DNA of 64,000 nucleotides from Candidatus Latescibacterota bacterium. Lineage in GTDB: Bacteria; Latescibacterota; UBA2968; GCA-2709665. Numbering within the stretch: the first letter of the stretch is position 1; each line of letters opens with the position of its first letter. The notes under the pieces were generated by a model that saw only the letters and a list, made by a program, of their open reading frames with translations, searched no databases and had not been told where the DNA came from. Shown one piece after another: positions 59,589 to 64,000 of this stretch. The stretch is taken from assembly GCA_965226795.1 (NCBI GenBank), contig CBDDDZ010000005.1, positions 1,376,001 through 1,440,000 on the forward strand, in the 5' to 3' direction. Made by a program: the position numbers and the translations under genes.

Positions 59589-61355
59589 GTGGAACCTCGT
59601 TCCAGAAACGTCAATTTTCGAAAGCTGCTGCGGTTCGCCCGCCCCTACGCAACGCGTCTGGCGACAGCGCTGGGCCTGACCGTCCTGCTGGCGTTTCTGG
59701 AAATGGCGCCGCCGCTGATTACCATGTATATCGTGGACGAGGTTATCGTAGTGGGCAGGTGGGAAATGCTGGAGGCGGCACTGGCGTTACTGATCCTCAC
59801 ACCGGCGCTCGCCGCGGGCCTGCGCGTGGCGAACGCATTTACGTTTTCGTACGTCTCCAACCGTTTGATCATGAATGTCCGCCTGACGTTATACGAGCAT
59901 GTATTCCGGCTTTCCCTTGGGTACCACGATGAAATGGGTACTGGAAAAGTAATGTCAAGGATGATGGGGGATGTCGCAACGGTGCAGCAGATGGTCTCGA
60001 TGCAAATGCTGCGCGTGATAACGGATTTCGTATCGATCATCGCGGCGGTGGCGATCTGTTATGGGCTGAACTGGAAGCTGGCGCTCCTGATGACCGTTCT
60101 GATTCCCCTGTACATTGTCAACTACAGGATTTTCGTAGGGCCGATACGCGTTTCAAGCCGGGGGTGGCGGCGGAAAATGGACGATGTGTCCGTGGGTCTG
60201 CAGGAGAGGCTGAGCGGGGCAAGGCTGGTGAAGGCGTATGGGCGGGAAAGACGCGAGGACCGGGCGTTCGCGTCGGAAACAAGGGAAAGCCTGACGTTCG
60301 CGATGCAGACACAGACGCACCGGGCTTCGGCGAATGCCGGCTTCTGGGTTGTGTCGGGGCTGCGCAATACTCTGATATTCTGTCTGGGCTGTTATTTTGT
60401 GATTCAGGGGGAGATGACGTACGGCGCCGTTATGGCGTTCCTGTCGTACGCAATGCGTGTATTCCAGCCGATACTGAATCTGATGAACGTTGGCATTCGG
60501 TTCGAACAGATGATGGTATCCGTGGATCGGATCTATGAAGTGCTGGACCATCCGGTTGCAATCCGCGACGCTGAACGCGCGGTGGATCTTCCCCCGGTCC
60601 GGGGGCAGGTCGTTTTCGACCGCGTCCGGTTCGAGTACAATGCCGGTGAACCCGTGTTGAAAAACATCTGCCTCGACGTAAAGCCCGGTCAGATGGTGGC
60701 GCTGGTGGGGCATACCGGATGCGGAAAGTCCACGCTGACCAGCCTGTTGATGCGCTATTACGACGTTTCGGAAGGCGTCATCACGGTGGACGGCCACGAT
60801 ATTCGTGATGTCCGGGTGAAATCCCTTCGGAAACAGGTAGGCCAGGTGCTGCAGGACTCGGTACTGTTTAACATGACATTGCGCGAGAATCTCTGTTACG
60901 GCAATTCCCAGGTATCGGACCGGGAATTAATAGACGCCGCGAGGGTCGGCGAAATCCACGAGTTCGCCATGCGAACGCGGGATGGATATGATTCAAAGGT
61001 GGGAGACGACGGTATCAAGCTATCGGTGGGAGAAAAACAGCGGCTCTCCATTGCCCGGGCGGTGCTGACCGATCCGGCGATAATGATTCTGGACGAGGCC
61101 ACCTCGGCGCTGGATTCGCTCTCCGAAGCCCTGATACAGAAAGCAATGGCCAACGTCCTGAAGGGACGGACGTCCTTCGTCATTGCGCACCGACTGTCTA
61201 CAGTTGTGAATGCCGATCTGATCCTGGTCATGGACCAGGGTGAAATCGTCGAACGCGGCAACCACGAGTCATTGATGCAGATCCGGAACGGGAAATACAA
61301 ATGCCTCATCGACCGGCAATTTGCGGGCAGTGCGGCGCAGGACGCCACGGGTTGA
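59589..61355 (+). CDS. ABC exporter, fused TMD-NBD subunit 1
   Basis: TM domain; GHTGCGKST, LSVGEKQR, ILDEATS and IAHRLST. Confidence 0.93.
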   Translation: MEPRSRNVNFRKLLRFARPYATRLATALGLTVLLAFLEMAPPLITMYIVDEVIVVGRWEMLEAALALLILTPALAAGLRVANAFTFSYVSNRLIMNVRLTLYEHVFRLSLGYHDEMGTGKVMSRMMGDVATVQQMVSMQMLRVITDFVSIIAAVAICYGLNWKLALLMTVLIPLYIVNYRIFVGPIRVSSRGWRRKMDDVSVGLQERLSGARLVKAYGRERREDRAFASETRESLTFAMQTQTHRASANAGFWVVSGLRNTLIFCLGCYFVIQGEMTYGAVMAFLSYAMRVFQPILNLMNVGIRFEQMMVSVDRIYEVLDHPVAIRDAERAVDLPPVRGQVVFDRVRFEYNAGEPVLKNICLDVKPGQMVALVGHTGCGKSTLTSLLMRYYDVSEGVITVDGHDIRDVRVKSLRKQVGQVLQDSVLFNMTLRENLCYGNSQVSDRELIDAARVGEIHEFAMRTRDGYDSKVGDDGIKLSVGEKQRLSIARAVLTDPAIMILDEATSALDSLSEALIQKAMANVLKGRTSFVIAHRLSTVVNADLILVMDQGEIVERGNHESLMQIRNGKYKCLIDRQFAGSAAQDATG

Positions 61356-61404
61356 GAAGCGCAGTGGCCGCGCAATGCCAAGTGAGGCGCGGCAGGGGCG
61401 TACC

Positions 61405-63327
61405 ATGAACTCCAATATCGCTCGATTCGTCAGGATTTATGTACGGCCGTTCCGGTTTCGCGTTGCACTGGTAATGGGGCTGGCCGGTATATCGGGCTCG
61501 TATTTTTATGTTCTCGGATTCATAACCAAAACAACGGTCGACGATGTACTGCAGATCCGGCCCGAAACCAAGGAGGCGTCCGCGGGCGGCGCGATTACCG
61601 GCCCGCCTGCAGCTTCGGAAAACAACCGTTCGGTGCGGGACCCGGAACGGATCCTGCCACACGGCTGGGAGGTCGAACGTCCGGCGGCGACGAAAAGCCG
61701 GACCGAAAAAATCAGATGGCTCTGGGTGGTGTTTGCCCTGTACCTGACAGTGCGGTTCGTGTTCGCGGCAATGACCTGGATATTCAACTACAATATCGCT
61801 TTTGTGGGTAACCGAATTGTGTATCGCGTGCGGCTCGATCTGCACCAGAAGGTACAGAAGCTGCAAATGACTTTCTTCGACAGGAAGCAGACCGGCAAGA
61901 TTATGTCACGCATACTGGACGATGTTCAACTGTTGGAAAACGAGGTAACCACGACCTTTGTAGAAGCATTCGGCCATTTGGCCAAGATCCTGATCGGCAT
62001 TGTCGTCCTGCTGCTGATAAACGTGGAACTCGCGGCGTTGTCTCTTCTGGCACTTCCCCTTTACGCAATTACCTATAAGTTGTTTCAACGGCCGATTACG
62101 GAGACTTTCGCCCGGATGCGGGAAGCCTATTCGGACACGTACGGGATTCTGGAGGAACGGGTTCGAGGCATCCGGGTGGTCTATTCATTTGCGAAAGAAC
62201 GGCGCGAAAGCAGGATGTTCTTTAAACGCCTGGTCTCCATATTCCGGCTTTCGGTGCGCAATTCAATGCTGAACGCGAGTCTTCGCGCCGCCTGCGCGTC
62301 CATAAGCGCTGTGGCCGTTGCGCTCATTTTCTACTGGGGCGTGCTGATGGTTCGGAGTGGCGGCCTGACGGTGGGCGAACTGATATTTTTCAATATGTCG
62401 GTTTCCAATCTGTTTATGCCGCTTGTGGCACTGACCAACGTGAATATGGTTTTCCGGCAGATGGCGGTCGTCGTCTCGAGGGTATTCGAAGTCCTCGACG
62501 AGGAAATCTTGATCCAGGATCGGCCGGACGCGGTTCGGTTGAAGCGGGTCCACGGAAGGGTGGCGTTTCGGAACGTCTGGTTCCGGTACACCACCCAGGG
62601 AGAAGAAGTAATAAAGGGGCTGACTTTCTCAGTCATGCCAGGCATGTCCGTGGCGGTAGTCGGTCCTTCGGGAGCGGGCAAAAGCACGTTGCTGAGCCTG
62701 TTGCTGAGGCTCTATGAACCGACAAAGGGAAGCATTCTGCTGGACGACTACGACCTTCGGGACATACGCCTTTCGAGCATCCGCCGTCACATCAGCATGG
62801 TGCCGCAGGAACCGGTGCTATTCTCCGGTACGATCTCCCAGAATATCGTTTACGGCCGGGATGGCGCATCGCCGGAGCAGATTATGGAAGCTGCCAGGCG
62901 CGCGGAGTTGCACGATTTTATTATGAGTCTGCCGGAAAAATACGAGTCTAGGGTCGAAGAGGGCGGCAGCAACCTGTCCGGCGGCCAGAAGCAGCGTATG
63001 GCGCTTGCGATGGCGATATTGACCGATCCTGCCATCCTGGTTCTGGACGATACGACGTCCGCGCTGGACGCAGGCACCGAGGCCCGAATACAGGAGACCC
63101 TCGACCAGGTGATGGACGGCCGCACGACCTTCGTAATCACACACCGTATATCAACGGCGATTCGCGCAGACCTGATTCTCGTGCTGGACAACGGACGGAT
63201 GGCGGGCTGGGGAACACACGAGGCGTTGATGTCTGAGGATGGGGTGTACAGGCGGTTGTGCCTCCAGCAGCAGCTGAGAGCACAGCCCGATGGCGCGTCG
63301 GAGAACGTCTTCCGGCCGGAAGGGTAG
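61405..63327 (+). CDS. ABC exporter, fused TMD-NBD subunit 2
   Basis: GPSGAGKST, LSGGQKQR, degenerate Walker B LDDTTS and ITHR. Confidence 0.93.
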   Translation: MNSNIARFVRIYVRPFRFRVALVMGLAGISGSYFYVLGFITKTTVDDVLQIRPETKEASAGGAITGPPAASENNRSVRDPERILPHGWEVERPAATKSRTEKIRWLWVVFALYLTVRFVFAAMTWIFNYNIAFVGNRIVYRVRLDLHQKVQKLQMTFFDRKQTGKIMSRILDDVQLLENEVTTTFVEAFGHLAKILIGIVVLLLINVELAALSLLALPLYAITYKLFQRPITETFARMREAYSDTYGILEERVRGIRVVYSFAKERRESRMFFKRLVSIFRLSVRNSMLNASLRAACASISAVAVALIFYWGVLMVRSGGLTVGELIFFNMSVSNLFMPLVALTNVNMVFRQMAVVVSRVFEVLDEEILIQDRPDAVRLKRVHGRVAFRNVWFRYTTQGEEVIKGLTFSVMPGMSVAVVGPSGAGKSTLLSLLLRLYEPTKGSILLDDYDLRDIRLSSIRRHISMVPQEPVLFSGTISQNIVYGRDGASPEQIMEAARRAELHDFIMSLPEKYESRVEEGGSNLSGGQKQRMALAMAILTDPAILVLDDTTSALDAGTEARIQETLDQVMDGRTTFVITHRISTAIRADLILVLDNGRMAGWGTHEALMSEDGVYRRLCLQQQLRAQPDGASENVFRPEG

Positions 63328-63407
63328 GCAGGCAGGCACGGCTGATACGACGGGCGGATTGGAGACGCGACGGCAACGATACCTGGCAGCTTCGCGCCCG
63401 CGCTCCT

Positions 63408-63974
63408 TCACCCGGCTTCGGATTCCACGTGACTGAGAAGGGTTTCGTCTTCGCCGCTGTACTTCTTGATGCAGAGATCGCAGTCAGGGCATGGCCGATT
63501 GTAACAATTCTTATGTACCCGGATGGGATACTGATGCTGGAAAGCGTCGCCGCAGCGCCTGGAACAGAAAATGAATCGGTCCTGGTAACTGCCGAATGCG
63601 GCGTAGACGACGATAACTTCCTCTTCGGTCTGTTCCAGGTTCTTTTCACACCAACTGCAAATGCCGGCCTGCACACGTGCGCGGGCGGCGCGTTTCTTCT
63701 CGATTTCCTCGTCCGACCACACATATTCGATGTGCTGCACGTTATCTTTGCTGACTTTCGCGCGCACAACGCCGTCGGTAATGCCCAGGATATAGTCACC
63801 CTGAGTGTCGAAAGTGGTGCCGCATTCGATGTCGTGCCCGGTTTTAAGGTGTATGATGGACTTGCCCTCTTCCGGCGAAATGAAAGAAAACCAGCCGCAG
63901 CTTGCGCAGACACTGGTGAAGAGAAACTGCCGCGCCTTATTGCCGCACGACGGACAACGGCCTTCCTCCATCAT
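63408..63974 (-). CDS. Cys-rich putative multi-zinc-binding hypothetical protein (may extend past the window end)
   Basis: CPSC, CASC, CSWC, FCSRRC and CYNRPCPDCDLC. The frame is open to the window edge. Confidence 0.75.
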   Translation of the reverse strand: MMEEGRCPSCGNKARQFLFTSVCASCGWFSFISPEEGKSIIHLKTGHDIECGTTFDTQGDYILGITDGVVRAKVSKDNVQHIEYVWSDEEIEKKRAARARVQAGICSWCEKNLEQTEEEVIVVYAAFGSYQDRFIFCSRRCGDAFQHQYPIRVHKNCYNRPCPDCDLCIKKYSGEDETLLSHVESEAG

Positions 63975-64000
63975 ACGGATGTCGTGGAGCGTGGTTTTGG

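Overview
A GC-rich bacterial chromosome segment, most likely from an FCB-group organism such as Candidatus Latescibacterota. That placement is inferred from a T9SS SprA translocon and a dockerin/EF-hand-like tagged heparinase. Most of the window is core genes: the end of the nuo operon (nuoI-N), lexA, dprA, obgE, coaD, comEA, sprA, lptF/G, nrdR-nrdJ, a phoH-HDIG-ybeY-CBS cluster, aspS, hisS, an rnhB-YraN fusion, a heterodimeric ABC exporter and three tRNAs (Arg-TCT, His-GTG, fMet-CAT). Two mobile elements can be delimited to the base: a class C group II intron with a frameshifted RT, inserted just after the nrdJ terminator, and a 1830-bp IS with 16-bp TIRs and a 6-bp target duplication. The most interesting signal is missed by the ORF track: two genes contain an in-frame TGA followed by a SECIS-like hairpin and are probable selenoproteins. 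One is an outer-membrane beta-barrel with Sec just after its signal peptide, paired with a beta-propeller lipoprotein (a candidate Sec-dependent envelope uptake module). The other is a UxxC thioredoxin-like lipoprotein divergent from a TonB-dependent receptor. Also seen: an orphan PqqD/RRE gene pair, a candidate LexA box, NrdR boxes, a DUF1801-like relic inside the nuo operon, an in-frame palindromic insertion in the transposase and a switch-like structured intergenic element. Product calls come from motif recognition by eye; no database searches were run.
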